Assembly (NCBI RefSeq): GCF_009914755.1
Contig: NC_060936.1
Source of the DNA: the human T2T-CHM13v2.0 reference genome, Homo sapiens
Strand: one strand, 5' to 3'
DNA: 64,000 nucleotides
Shown here: one piece after another, positions 15,280 to 30,905 of the stretch
Layout of the letters: each line of letters begins with the position of its first letter
Position numbering within the stretch: position 1 is the first letter of the stretch
Notes under the pieces: model-generated
Seen by the model: the letters and a program-made list of their open reading frames with translations, nothing else
The model's database searches: none
Told to the model about the DNA's origin: nothing
Made by a program: the position numbers and the translations under genes

Positions 15280-15636
15280 CCTAAGTCTACTCAGGCAGCC
15301 ATTAACAAAGTACCATACACCAAGTGGCTTAAACTACAGACATTTATTTTCTCACAGTTCTGGAGGCTGGAAGTCCAAGATCAAGGTGTCTGCAGGGTCA
15401 GTCTCTGGTGAGGGCTCTCTTCCTGGCTTGCAGATGGCCGTCTTCTTGTGGCCTATTTTCAGTGCATATGCAGAGAGAGATCTCTTCCTGTTCTTAAAAT
15501 CCCCTACTCTCATGAGTTCATCTAACCCTAATCACCTCCCAAAAGCTCCATCTCTAAAGCCACCACATTAAGGGTAAAGTCCAACAACATACTCAACCTA
15601 TGAACTAGGGGTGGGTGCAATTCAGTCCATGGTGCC
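15280..15636 (-). mobile_element. MLT1A-type MaLR LTR
   Basis: TTTCTCACAGTTCTGGAGGCTGGAAGTCCAAGATCAAGG, CTAACCCTAATCACCTCCCAAA, ATTCAGTCCATGG. Confidence 0.85.
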
Positions 15637-16184
15637 AGCTTTCTAATCAGTAACTCTTACAAGTAAGCAGTACATTGGGACCAGCTGTTCTGGTTTCTAG
15701 TTATAATCCCCAGTCCCCAAAAAGCTACACACTATCTCATCTCCATGCATTTGCCCAAGCCCTTCCTTCCTTCCTTTCTCTTGTGAAAACTTCTCTTCCC
15801 TTCCCCACGTATGGGAGTCCTGCCCATCCTTCAAGACTCCACTCAGGTATCTCCACCCCAGGGAAGTTTCCCTTAAAGAGGAAGGAGCTTCCCCTCTGGT
15901 TAGGGACATGCTGACTGTGTGCATGGCTACATCCTCTGCTCCAGGTTAAGACACAGGCTCTAGCTGCATATGCCTCAGTCCAAATCCACTCTGGGTGACT
16001 CTGAACAAATCATATGTCCTCACAGAGCCTTGATTTCTTGAAAGACTTCCCAGAGCTATTGCAGGCATTAAACAACAGCAAACAAAAGGATGTAAAGCCC
16101 AGTGCCTGGCCTCAGCAAGCCCTTGACAAACAGTAGCTGGTATTTTTACTAAGGATAAGGCCCATTTCTCCACCTCCACCCCAC

Positions 16185-16215
<31 letters not shown>

Positions 16216-16659
16216 CATTTAAAAGAGACCTTTGAGTTCAGCATACACTTACTGGTGAATGGCTGGTGACAGAAGAAAGCAGAGGGTGAATCACAGGGGG
16301 TGACCCGTCAGTAGGTGTGACAGTTCTCAAAGACACCTATGGAGCACCTACCACATGCAAGAAAAGCACACCAGGGGATGAGGGTGATGAAGAGATGAGC
16401 CAGGGTGTTTGAGATGTGAGGGAGACCAATTCATAATGGAAATGAGGCTCCGTCTGCTGCAGGAAACAAAAAACAATCTCTCAACCACCAAATTACAAAC
16501 ATTCCCTGAGTCTCAGCTTCCTCATCTGTAAAAATGAGGATACAAACAGCTTCCATGGGATGGTTATGGGAAGGAGTGAGCATCAAATAAAATAATCCAC
16601 ACAAAGTGCTGGCACAGAGGAAGTGTTGAAGATGTTAACCTTTATCAGTATTATTATTA

Positions 16660-17011
<352 letters not shown>

Positions 17012-17464
17012 TCACTAGGTACCTCCAGTTCCTTGGAGGTTTTACTCCAAGATCAATGAGAAGAACATTAGGAAATTCACCCTGAGTGTCTGCCCTTCCT
17101 TCTGTCTTTAAATAGGGAAAGAGCAGGTTGGGAATGGTCCTAACGGTTAGGAAGTGTTCAGCTGCAGACAGACACCTCACCATGAGTGCCTTCAGCCATG
17201 GGGTTGGATTTTCCTGAATAATAAGTCTGAAGTGGGCCATCCAAGGCTTTCTGCACCTCAAGAATACCAGAGCTCGGGATTGACGTTACTGCCATTCTGG
17301 TGGCTTCAACTCAGACTCAGCTCCAGCCACGACTGTCAGCCTCTTAAATGCAGTGGGGAGAGGAGAGAAAGGACATTTCCCAGAATTTCTCAGAGCAGCT
17401 GGCATTGACTCCCATTGGCCAGAACTGGGTCATATGGGTTCCCACAGCCAGCGAATGGGTAAAA

Positions 17465-17665
17465 ATTCTTTGCCAAGGCCAATGTCAAAAAGGGTATTTC
17501 CTGGGTTTTCTTCCAGGATTTTTATAGTTTGAGGTCTTACATTTAAATATTTCATCCACCTTGCGTTGGTTTATATGGTGAAATGTAGGGGTCCAGTTTT
17601 GCTCTTCTGCACATGGCAGCCAGCAATCCCAGCGCCATTTGTTGAATAGAGACTCCTTTCCCCAA
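17465..17665 (-). mobile_element. L1 ORF2 C-terminal fragment (L1PB/L1MA-type)
   Basis: Minus-strand translation WGKESLFNKWRWDCW resembles L1 ORF2 WGKDSLFNKWCWENW. Confidence 0.85.
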
Positions 17666-18813
17666 CAATGGGATTTTACAAGCAAGCAGAGTGGGGTGGC
17701 CGGGGGTGCCCACAACAATCTTCTTCCCTGGGATGCACTTATGGGGAAGGGGGAATATCAGAGACACCGAGGATCCCCATCCTCAACTTCCCCAGGAGCT
17801 GAAGGTCATCGAGGCCTCAGGTGGTACCTAGCAGATGCCGACTGTGTGCCTAGCCTCATGCCTGACACAGAGACGTACAGGAGACATGGGCTGGTTCCTA
17901 AAACAATGGAGTCAGGTGATAGAAACAGGACACACACGTGCACACACACACGCACACAACTATATAAAGAGTGGGATCCTCAGTCGCTGCAGGCTGGCCT
18001 GATATAGTGGGTCCCAATGCCCTGGGCCTTGAAGAGTGGGAGGGTAGGGGGAGAAAGGAGAGGCAAGGGCATTCCAGGAAAGGGGCCCAGCCTGAGCAAA
18101 GGCAGACAGGAGCGTGTGATCTCAACCAAGAGCCTCTTTCCATATTGAAAAAACTTCTGTTAAATGGCAAGGTCTACACTGAATGCCAAGTATGCAGAGA
18201 GAAGAATCTCAGTCCTTTTCCTCAATGAGCTCATGGTCTTTCAGGCATCCATTCACTTCTACCCCCTGCCCACCCCATGCAAAACAATCGATGAATATCA
18301 TTTGCTATAACCCAAGCACGGTGCTAAGCACTTCGCAGACATAATCTCAGTTGATCAGCACAATAAACCTACCAGTAGGAACCATTAAGACCCTCAGTTT
18401 ACAGAGGAGGAAAAAAATGGGCACAAAGAGGTTAAATAGCTAGAGAGGCAGGAAGAGGGTAAGAGGGCATCAGTGGGGTAAAAGAATACTGTGTTCCCTG
18501 TAAATGTATATAATTATGATTTGTCCATCAAAAATAATATTAATACAAAGCAAACAAAAATACTATGTGCCAATCTTAGTTCAGCCACAAACATCCTGTG
18601 TGAACCTGGGCAAGTCCTCTCCCCACCCTGGGCCTCAGCTTACCCACCTGTAAAAGGGATGCAAAGTCTCAGAGCTGCAAGGCTCTGAGGTATGAGGGTC
18701 TGCAGATGCTGCCGTGCATTAGAAATACCTGAGGACCTGCTAAAAGTCTTGATGTCCTGGTCCGATCACAGGCCAATTAAATCAGAATGTCGATGGGTGG
18801 AAGGCAAGCACAG

Positions 18814-18980
18814 CTTTGCTTTGTTTTGTTTGAGACAATGTCTTACTCTGTGGCCCGGGCTGGAGTGCAGCAGCGCAATCACGGTTCACTGCAGCCTCGA
18901 CCTCCTGGATTCAAGTGATCCTCCCACCTCAGAGTAGCTGGGACTACAGGTGCTGCCACCACACCCAGCCATTTTTTTTT
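18814..18980 (-). mobile_element. AluJ right monomer within a MER5A-like relic (~18680-19030)
   Basis: Antisense Alu arm; flanks ATTAGAAATACCTG...CCAATTAAATCAGAAT and CCAGGTGATTCC...AAGTTTGGGAACCACTG. Confidence 0.8.
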
Positions 18981-19119
18981 AATGGTCTCCAGGTGATTCC
19001 AAAAGTGAAACAAAGTTTGGGAACCACTGGTCTGAGGATTCCCACTTTCTGGCCTCTTGTGATACCACGGGGATAGCCTGAGACAGGATGAGGGTATTGA
19101 GCCAAAAAATAAATTAAAT

Positions 19120-19660
<541 letters not shown>

Positions 19661-19914
19661 AGCAAGCAGGGAGGGAGGGAGGGATGGAAAAGAAAAATAG
19701 AAATTACAGTAAAAATAGGGCATGACTTACAGGAGGTCAGAACTTTAAGGTCAAACAGGGGGACACCCAGAATAAGAGCTTAGCCTCTGGAGTCCGACCC
19801 AGGTTCAAATCCCCACTCTACAACTTGCTAACTGGGTGCTGTGTGATCGTGAGCAAGTGACCTCCCCTCTCTGATCCTCTATTGGTGTGTCTGTAAAACG
19901 GAGGTAAGCAAAGC

Positions 19915-20455
19915 ACCGACCTCAGCGAGTGGCCGCGAGGCTGGAATAGCAAACGCCGGGCATACACGGCGTGATGAGTGAAGGCCGCTGTGACTCTGGG
20001 CCCGCGGGAAATCATCTCGGGAGTTTTGTGGGGACCAAGCACAAGGGAGGAGAGGCGCCCCAGCGCGAGGCTGTCCCCACCCCAACCCCGCGGCCCGGGG
20101 GCCCCGACTCAGCGCGGTCCTGGCCTCACCTGGTGCTGCTGACCGCCCACGCCCGCCGCCCGCCTTTCATCTCCCCTGCCCGTGGCTCCGGGCACTGCTT
20201 TCCCAATTGCCCGGACCACGCCAGCGCCCGGGCTCTCGGCTTCGCGCGGGGCTGGGCGGGCGGAGCGCGGCAGCCTCCAGGTAGGGCCGCCGCCAGGTGA
20301 AGCCGCGCCGCTTCGCCTCTTCCCGGTCTGTGGCGACACCTGCTGGCCGTCCGTGGAAGGACACACCCTCCGCTCCCACCACCTGCTTCCATTCAGCCCA
20401 TTCATCACTCAGCCCCTCACTATGCGCCCTGCAGGTATCGCGCCAGGTGTCCGGG
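19915..20455. promoter_or_regulatory. CpG island / candidate promoter
   Basis: The only long GC- and CpG-dense unique tract in the window; GC boxes (GGGCGG), EGR site CGCCCACGC 20144-20152, E2F site GCGGGAAA 20004-20011. Confidence 0.85.
20130..20300 (-). ncRNA. Candidate first exon of a minus-strand non-coding transcript (5' end uncertain)
   Basis: Strong donor CAG|GTGAGG (last exonic base 20130) inside the CpG island; no recognisable protein. Confidence 0.45.
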
Positions 20456-21677
20456 ACTTTCAGGCAGAGAAATTAAGCAAAGAAAAAAATGCAGGTTGCA
20501 TCATTTCTTTTTCAGACACAGAATAATTTTAGTTGGGGAGATCCCAGCCAACTTAAAAGAAGCTAAGAAACTCTCCATGGGATGGGAGTGGAACTAATCC
20601 AAGCATCAGAAACAGCCTGTGCAAAGGCCTGGAGATAGGAAGGAGCCCCGCTCTTTGGAGGAAGTGAAATTGACCAGGAAACTTGAGCAGAGTGGGATAT
20701 GGTATGAAGTTTGCAGAGACCAGGTGAGACCTTCCTTCCACGCTGTCACTGTTACGTTGGAACAGGCCTGGAACGAAAGGGATCTGCCCTATTTTATAGA
20801 CTGTGGTGGTGATCTAGAGGGATTCTCTCCAGACACATCTGCTGTGGGTTTCTGAGAATCATTTATTCATTCAACAAACTTTTCCTGAGCAGCTTTTATG
20901 TGCCAAGGGCTGTGCTAAGTATAAAATGCACAATGGCAATGAGACATATTCCTTGAGGTGCTCCTAATCTTGTGAGAATATCTAACCAGACCAGGAAGAC
21001 TGGAGAAGTCTTCCTTTCTCAGGAGCTCTTTCAATCCTCCACATCCCAGCCCCCCAAGACAAACACAAAGGAATGAATCCATAATGGTGGACATTTGAGA
21101 TAAGTGGAGGGTAGTAGAGGAGATATTTGAGCTTTTGAAAGCATGCTAGAGGAATGAATCCCTATCCCCACTGAGCTCCAGTTTTGTACAGGGAAAAAAT
21201 TAAGTCACAGAGGGATTGAGTCAGGAAACCAAGCTAGACCGCTACAGAGATGTCAGGATCTTCAGGGCAAGTTAAGCTCAGAGGACTTGTCTTGGTAATA
21301 GGGGTTCACCCAAGTTCTAGGACAGAACTTTTGCAAGAGGATTCTCAAAACACACCCACCCAAGGCAGGCTGATGGAGCTCACATGACCCACCACCATCT
21401 TCTACATCATCTGCCTCAGCTGGAACTTGCCCGGAACCAGCTCCCAAGTCACTGATTGATGAAACCAAAGAAGGTTTACTAAGCACAGACCCTGTTCCAG
21501 TATTGCAGTCTCGGGCTGGAATACGCTTACAAAGATAAAGGCCACCCGTGAACAGCAAAGGGCAGGTTGATGTTTAAACAAATTATTTCAACCTGCTGTG
21601 ATAAAATGAGGAAATGGAGGTGATTTGCAATTTTTAGGAGGCACAGTAAGCTGTAGGATTCATCCTGAGCAGCTTTA

Positions 21678-21992
21678 TGCATTAATCTGTGTTCGCACTG
21701 CTATAAAGAAATACCCAAGACTGGGTAATTTATAAAGGAAAGAGGTTTAATAGACTCACAGTTCCACCTGGCTGGGGAGGCCTCAGGAAACTTACAATCA
21801 TGGTGGAAGGCGAAGGGGAAGCAGGCACCCTCTTCACAAGGCAGCAGAAGAACGTGAGTGCAAGAAGGAGGAAGTGCCAGACTTTAAAACTATCAGCTCT
21901 CGTGAGAACTCACTCACTATCACGAGAACACCATGGGGGAACCACCCCCATGATCCAATCACTTCCCTCCCTCAACACGTGGGAATTACAGG
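21678..21992 (-). mobile_element. MSTA-type MaLR LTR (truncated)
   Basis: ACTGGGTAATTTATAAAGGAAAGAGGTTTAAT...GGCCTCAGGAAACTTACAATCATGG. Confidence 0.88.
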
Positions 21993-22336
21993 TCCTTTCC
22001 TGTGTTTTAACTTCCCTCCAGGTGATTCTGATGCCCTCTGAAGATTGAGAACCTCTGATCAAGGAAGAAAAGTCCAGAGGAGCCTATAAATGTGTTTTTA
22101 ACAAGCTACCCAGGCGATTTTGTATGACCCATGTGTCTGGAAACAGTACTTTAGTTGAAGCCACCGATTTTTCTTTTCACCTTTTACATTGCCTATTACA
22201 TTGCCTATTTCTTCTTTATCTCAGAATGAATGTCTCATCTTCATTCTATAAGAATGTGGTTTTTTCTCATGAAGAGTCATGTTCCACACCAAAAAGCCAA
22301 GAGAACAGATGGTATCAACTAGAGAAATAGCAACCT

Positions 22337-22421
22337 AGGGCTCTCCTGATTTTAGCATTGAACGTCCCATGTCCCAGAAGAACCTTAACTTCTGAGCAAA
22401 CTGGGACAGTTGATCACCCTA
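22337..22421. mobile_element. Short hAT-Blackjack MITE relic (MER81/MER94-like)
   Basis: TAGGG...TCACCCTA termini with GTCCC/GGGAC internal symmetry. Confidence 0.5.
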
Positions 22422-22689
22422 CATGGATATTTATACATGGGCATTTACTGTGACCCAAAGAACAATCAACATAAAATGCTGAGAGTCTTGGATTATACAT
22501 TCCACAACATTTTCATGCCAGTCCTAATTCTAATCCACATCTTGAAATCTTCACCATCGTTATCTTTATGACTTACTATTTCTGATCCACTTTAATTAAC
22601 AAAGCTTACAGACAAAATGCTACACATTTCATTCTTCTGGCCATTTGACTTATGAATATCATTAAAACTTGACTGTGTAAATTGAAAAT

Positions 22690-23545
<856 letters not shown>

Positions 23546-24637
23546 ATATTTTGCATATTTGTTCTTTGTGCAGGGATCCCTGCTGTTTTTAATATACAAA
23601 AGCCCCATGACTTGCTCATACTTTAAAACTCCTAGTCTATCTAAGCTAAAATTGAGTTTCTTGTGCTACACTAAGTTTGTATGTTAAGGAAACAGTCAGT
23701 ATGTTTCTTGTTCATCACTGAATTCCCCATGCCTAGCAAAGACGTATTTGCAAATGAATAAAATATTGACTAAAACATCTTCATTTTATAGATGAAGAAA
23801 CTGAGACTCAGAAGTGATATGGTTTGCCCCAAACCAGATACTGACATAGAGGGAGAGCCAGGGACTAGAACCCAAATATCGTGAATCTTCCAGGCCACTG
23901 CTTATTCCAATGCACCAGTGGTTCTTGAAGGTTCATCCCCCAATCTGCTTGTTTCTGGCAAGCCCAACAGTATACCTTCACAGTTTTGCCTCAGGGCAAT
24001 GCCAGTTCTCCTATTTTCTGCCAGAATATAGTTCACAGAGGTATTGAACTCTTGGCTCACTGCACTGAAAATATTACACTGATTGGCTCTGCTGAGCACC
24101 AATGGAGTAGCCAGGTACTTAGATGCCCTGGTAATATATGCAGATGAGAGGGTGGAAAATAAATCCCACAGAAATTCAGGAGCACACCTCCTCAGTGAAG
24201 TGCCGGGGGCTCAATGCTATGAAGAATGTCAAAATTTCTCCTCCAAGGTGAAAGACAAGTTGCTGCATTTCACACCACCAAAAACCAAAAAGGAGACATG
24301 ATGATTGGTAAGCCTTTCTAGATCCTAGAGGCAACATGTAATGCATCTGAGTGTGCAGTTTTGACCTATTGAGAGAGTTACCCATAAGGCTGCTAGTTTT
24401 GAATAGAGACAGAAAAGGCTCTGCAATAAGTTTAGGCTGCAGTACAAGCTGACCTATAACTTGGGCCTGTAATCCAGCCAACACAGTGACACAGTAGTGG
24501 TTCTAATGGATTGAAGATGAGCCTATAACCTGGACATTTCAGACTCCTTATGCCACTGAACCAACAGGAAAAAAGTGGGAGGAGTTAATTTATTGGCTGG
24601 AGTGATTGATGCTGATTACCAAGGGGAAATTGCATTG

Positions 24638-25325
<688 letters not shown>

Positions 25326-26010
25326 AGTTGCTTCAACACAGCAGAAGCAAGGAGGACTACGTCTAGAACTGGGGAATTCTCTGGATGCCTCTTAGTACTT
25401 CCATGCCAAATAGTAAAGGTTTAGGGGAAACTGCAGCAAGCAAAACATGTCAGGATGGTTAAGAACTCAGATCCTTCAGAAACAAAGGTTTTGGTCACTC
25501 CACCAAGTAAAGAACCCCAACCAGTTCACATTCTGACTGAGAGTGGAGTGAATACAGATGAGTAGCAGGAGAAAGATGCCGTAGATATCAATTACGACCT
25601 CATGACCATGATTACAGGAATGAAAATGTAATGTTGCATATTTTCTACCTGCTTGTGGTATGCACGTGTTTGTCTGTATACATCAACCATTTCCTTCTTT
25701 TCCTTTCTTCTCATTTTTATTTTACAGATAAGTGTTTAGAAGTTAACTTTACAATTTAGCCTTTAGGCTAAACAGGATATCAGTGGGATTGGGACTAAAT
25801 TTCAGGAATGGTTTATATACTCAGTGACAGCTACAATGACTCCTAGGACTGTGTATCTCCTCATTTTGGAGAAAAAGATGAGAACTTAACTTGCGGGAAG
25901 CATAGCCCTATCTTGTTATGTAGAAACATAAAGTTGTTTTATTGTTGTCTGTAAAATAAAAATGTGTGCAGCGGAGTGCATATGAAAGCTGAGTAGTCAA
26001 AGGAAGGGAC

Positions 26011-26610
26011 ATTATCAACATATTGCCTCATGATTCCAAATTCATCCTTCTTGCCTTCTGTGTAAAAAGGAATCTGGGCCCTTTAAGTATTTTTCCCTTT
26101 ACCAGATGGTACAATATTAAGTTTGCCAATAGATGGCGTTGGAGAGACATTGCGGGATGAAAGGGTTTTGCTTTCTGCAGCTGATGGCAGCTCACTAGGT
26201 TTCTTTAGGGCTCCCGTAATGCCCCGTTCCTGTAGCTCAGGAGGCTTCCCCAGCCCTGGCTCCGGCAGCGCATGGCAGCAGGTTGCATCCAGCAGCCTCC
26301 CCCAGCAATCCCCTTCACCCACCCACCTTCCAGCAGTTTTGTAGCAGAGTGCCTCCAGTAAGACACCTCCCAGTAACAGCTTTTCCCAGCACCCTGGGGG
26401 TGGATTTCCAGCAAGTTCCACCAGTACAGCATCACAGCACCTCTCTGGCATCTGCTGAACCATGGCCATGCCTGTCCAATAAGGTCTGGATGTCAGCCCT
26501 GTTGGTGGAGGCTCTATCGCAGCCCTAGGGGTAGTAGCTTCCCCTTATATTTGCTATTGCCATAGTCTTTAAATTCTTCTTTACTTATTACATCCTCACT
26601 AATATAATAT
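26011..26610 (+). mobile_element. LTR41-like ERVL LTR
   Basis: Follows the PPT; CCAAATTCATCCTTCTTGCC...ACAATATTAAGTTTGCCAATAGATGGCGTTGGAGAGACATTGC resembles the LTR41 5' region. Confidence 0.6.
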
Positions 26611-26689
26611 AAGGCAAGTAGGAATGGTCCTTGGCGAGGGGGCTTCTCAAAAGAACATCTCAGCCGGTCCTGCCCTCTCCTAACCCCTA

Positions 26690-26890
26690 CCCTGCCATCT
26701 TCCTTCCCTCCTTCTCTACTCCTCCCTCTCAGAGCCCCCTCATCCTCTTCCTCACCCTCTTCCCCTCATTCTCCTTGTTTCCTCTCTTTCTTCTCCTCTC
26801 CTCTGTCTCCTTTCTCCCCACCCCCTTCTCCTTCTCCTCTTCTGTCCCTCTCTTCCCTTCTTCCTCACTTCTCACCTCCTTCCTACCCCT
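26690..26890. repeat. Pyrimidine-rich (C/T) low-complexity tract
   Basis: ~200 bp of almost pure C/T. Confidence 0.9.
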
Positions 26891-27132
26891 TTTGAAAAAT
26901 AAACAGCACCACCTGCCCTGCACTTGACATGACGCAAACATCAGATGCGTTAGTGCTTGGCAGAGGGCTTCCTTGCTTCGCTCTGATGTCATGCAGGGAA
27001 AAGGTGGACAGAGACACCAGGCAGACACAGCAGGCCGCTGGTGGTCACCTCCCCAGCCCGGCCATCTGCACAGAGCTGGCCCCCCTTCAAACACCTCCTG
27101 GAAATTCCATCTCCAAGACATTCTCCTGCACT

Positions 27133-27202
27133 CTGGCCCCAATCACTGCCTCTGAGTGTCCTCCACTGGCCCCAATCACTAGTTCTGAGAGTCCTCCACT
27201 GG
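27133..27202. repeat. 33-bp tandem duplication (2.1 copies)
   Basis: CTGGCCCCAATCACT...GTCCTCCA at 27133 and 27166. Confidence 0.9.
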
Positions 27203-27329
27203 GTAGCCAAGGATCCACAGGAGGCCGCAGGGAGGAGGCAGGGACTCACGGCTTCTCCAGGCAGGGCCGCTCATGAAGGTTGTTCCCCAAGCTGAGATGG
27301 CAACTCAGGGTTGATTTTGGAAGAGAAGG

Positions 27330-27331
<2 letters not shown>

Positions 27332-27375
<44 letters not shown>
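27332..27375. repeat. (GT)~22 microsatellite
   Basis: Pure dinucleotide run. Confidence 0.97.
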
Positions 27376-27377
<2 letters not shown>

Positions 27378-27378
<1 letters not shown>

Positions 27379-27610
27379 AGAGAGAGAAGAGGAAGAAGGA
27401 GAAGAAGAAGGAGGAGGAGGGAGAAGAAGGAGGAGGAGGAAGAGGAAGAGGAGGAGGCAAGAGAGAGACAGAGAAGAAGAGAAAGAAGAGGAGGAGGAGG
27501 AAGAAAACAAAAAAGACAGAGGAGACAGCAAGACAGAGAAGAAGGAAGAGGAGGAGAGGGAGAAAAGAGAGACTGAGAGAGAGGGCAGGGAGACAGAGAG
27601 ATCAGAGAAT
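27378..27610. repeat. Purine-rich (GA/GAA/GGA) low-complexity tract
   Basis: ~230 bp of almost pure A/G. Confidence 0.93.
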
Positions 27611-28055
27611 GTGGATTGAAAACTCTACCTGCAAAGGTCTAAAGAAAAGTCGAGGCACACAGACGACGTGCCACAAGGCGTGAAGGGGCTGAAAATTTCA
27701 TCCTGGAAGCAGAACGCTCCCCAGAAGAGTGAGGAAGCCAGCGCCCCCTGGGATGTTCAGTGTACCCCACACACCCCCGCCCCACCACAGCCAGGTATGG
27801 CGTCGGGAGATGAGGAGGTGAGCAGAGTTGCTACCTGCAAGGTCACAGCTGGTTTTTGATAACTGACTGTGGGGTATGCTGTGCCCGCCCAGTGGGAGGG
27901 CTGCTGGGTGGATTACAGTGGAGTCTCACACACTGGAACGCAAGGTGTCCACCTGGAGAAGGAAAGGGATAGATGTGTATGAGAATGGAAAATTACCTGT
28001 GATGTGCTGATCAAGAAAGAAAAGCAGTTTGTAAATGTATATGTGAACGTGGACA

Positions 28056-28370
<315 letters not shown>

Positions 28371-28684
28371 TAAAGCTGGAGGGATGAAGCATCACCTTGT
28401 GAACAACCATAATCTCAAGAGAAAAGGAGATGAGGAATGCACAGATCATCACTTTCAGCTTCATAGTCTTCCGTAGCATTTGACTGTTTTACAATGTGCA
28501 TACGTCATTTTGTGATAAAATTGAGATATTTCTCATTTGAAAAATGAATATATAAAATGCAAAAACTGATGCAAGTCAAATTCCCTCTCCAGGCCTCAGT
28601 TTCCTTATCTCTAAAGCAGGGGTGACCTTCACTCCCTCCCATGGTTTGATCTATTTAACAAAGTCTTATGTAACACTTTTTCTG

Positions 28685-28900
28685 TGTTGGGTACCATTCC
28701 ACACACTTCACAAACATTCATTCATTCAATCTTTGTGCCAGGTCTACAAGGGCGGGACTATTAGTATGCCTGTTTTACAGATGAGGAAAACTGAGGCGCA
28801 TAGAGGTTGAGTAAACTTGCTCAAGCACACTCAGCCAAGAAGTGGCAGAACCAAGATTCAAACTCAAGCAGTCAGGCTCTGGAATCTGACTCTTTAGCTA
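28685..28900 (-). mobile_element. MIR
   Basis: TTTTACAGATGAGGAAAACTGAGGC...AGTGGCAGAACCAAGATTCAAACTCAAGCAGTC. Confidence 0.85.
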
Positions 28901-29836
28901 CTAGGCAACTTTGTAAAGTGTTGGTGAGAAAATGTATATAAGGTAGTTACCATATAAAATGTATCAGTAATTTTTGGTGGAAGGCGAGATGCTTCTCAGA
29001 CTCTGCCTAAAAGTGTGTGCTCCCACAAACCCCTGGCATGGCCTCTGGCACACCAAATCACCTGGGACCTGAATTAATGAAAGCGTGAATGAATGAAACC
29101 ACAGCTGTTTGAATTCCAGCCGTAAGTTTCTTAGCTTTTATGCATCTCCATCATCTAGCCCAGGACATAGCACATAGTAGGGCTAAGGGATGGAGACAGG
29201 GAGAGAGTTGAATGCCCATGTGGCGCACAGTAGGCCCTCAGAGTCCTACAGGAAATGACTGACTCTTACAGCAGGATGGTTTTTTCTTCCTCCTGGAGCC
29301 CCATCCTGACTCTCTCACTAGACTGTGAGCACCAAGCGGACAAGGACCCCAGCACCCCGGTCAGGGCCTGGCACACAGTACGGGCTCAATGAAGACTGAA
29401 GAGCACATGGCTGAGCACGTGAGTGAGTGGGGGCTGGAGTAGAGGGCAGGCCAGGGCTGGCTGGGCTTCTGTCCTGGGAACTCAGATTGGATGACCCCAA
29501 AGGGCCAGCACCCTTGCCTCTCTGAATTCTTGAGGTGGCACCAAGCTGCGCCCTGGGCTGGGGGTGAGGGGTAGGGGGGCAGCTGCACCTTCTTCTCTTA
29601 GGGGAGGTGAGTGGAGAGGCCATGGCAGGGAAGGGAAGGAAGCCTGCAGGCTGTTGATGGGGGCCTGTGGCTAAGACGAACCCACTCCTCCCTGTTCCCT
29701 CCAGGAAAAAGCATCCTAACCCTGAGGAAAACGTTCTTTAAGGAAAGTGTGTGCAGGCTTCTCCCAAAAGGCCTCCTCCTCTCTCCGTCACCCAGAGAAG
29801 CACCAGTGTCCACCCTATGAGAAGTCCCACCCAGGC

Positions 29837-30215
<379 letters not shown>

Positions 30216-30905
30216 CTATTTTCCAGGACCCTCCCCCCACCCCCTCCCCCGAAACGTGATCTGTTTCAGCCCCTTTCACCTGCTTCCCTACTGCAGAAGA
30301 GACTCCCATTGGCCCTGGCCCAGGAAAAGGGCCCAATCAACACCTATGCTAGCCTCATTCGGGGAACATTTCCTGAGCACCTTCTCCAGGCAAGAGCCAC
30401 ACTGGTTGCTGGGCAGGCAGTGGGGAGACTGGGGGTGATGGCTTAGGAGCTTCCAGTCGGGTGGACTGTGGAGCTTCCAGTGGGGTGGATCTATAATCAG
30501 ATCAAGGCCATCCGTGGTACTGTGGACTCTGTCTGGAGCCCAGAGGAGCTAGCCCCAGGGCCAGCATGGAAGACTTCCTGGAGGAGGTGATGTCTGAGCA
30601 GAGACTGGGAGGAAGAGCTTGAGTTGAAAGAGTGGGGTTAGAGATGGAGAAAGTGTCCTGAGTTAAGAGAAGGCCTGGTTTAGTGGAGGAGTTGAGAGTC
30701 ATACCATACAGCAGGTAAAGGAGTGGGTATGTGCAGCCAGGATGGGGAGGGGAACCCGGCCAGGTTCATTCTGCCATCCAAGGGGGCAGAGAAGGGGACA
30801 TTTGTTCCAGCCCCTCCGGTCCTGGTGCCTGCCTTTCCTGCAGGACTGGCCAATGCCCTGAGGCTTGAATTTCCAAGATGCTCCTTCCCCTTTTGTCCTC
30901 ATGCC

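Noticed and set aside
19971-20526. Overlapping ORFs in the CpG island
   Set aside because: GC-rich DNA is stop-poor; Arg/Pro/Ala/Gly peptides in several frames on both strands with no known protein match
24083-24301. ERVL pol ORF as a domesticated gene
   Set aside because: Only ~20 recognisable residues, flanked by stops and frameshifts
26631-27683. Low-complexity Lys/Glu/Arg and Ser/Leu/Phe ORFs
   Set aside because: Translations of purine/pyrimidine tracts and (GT)n
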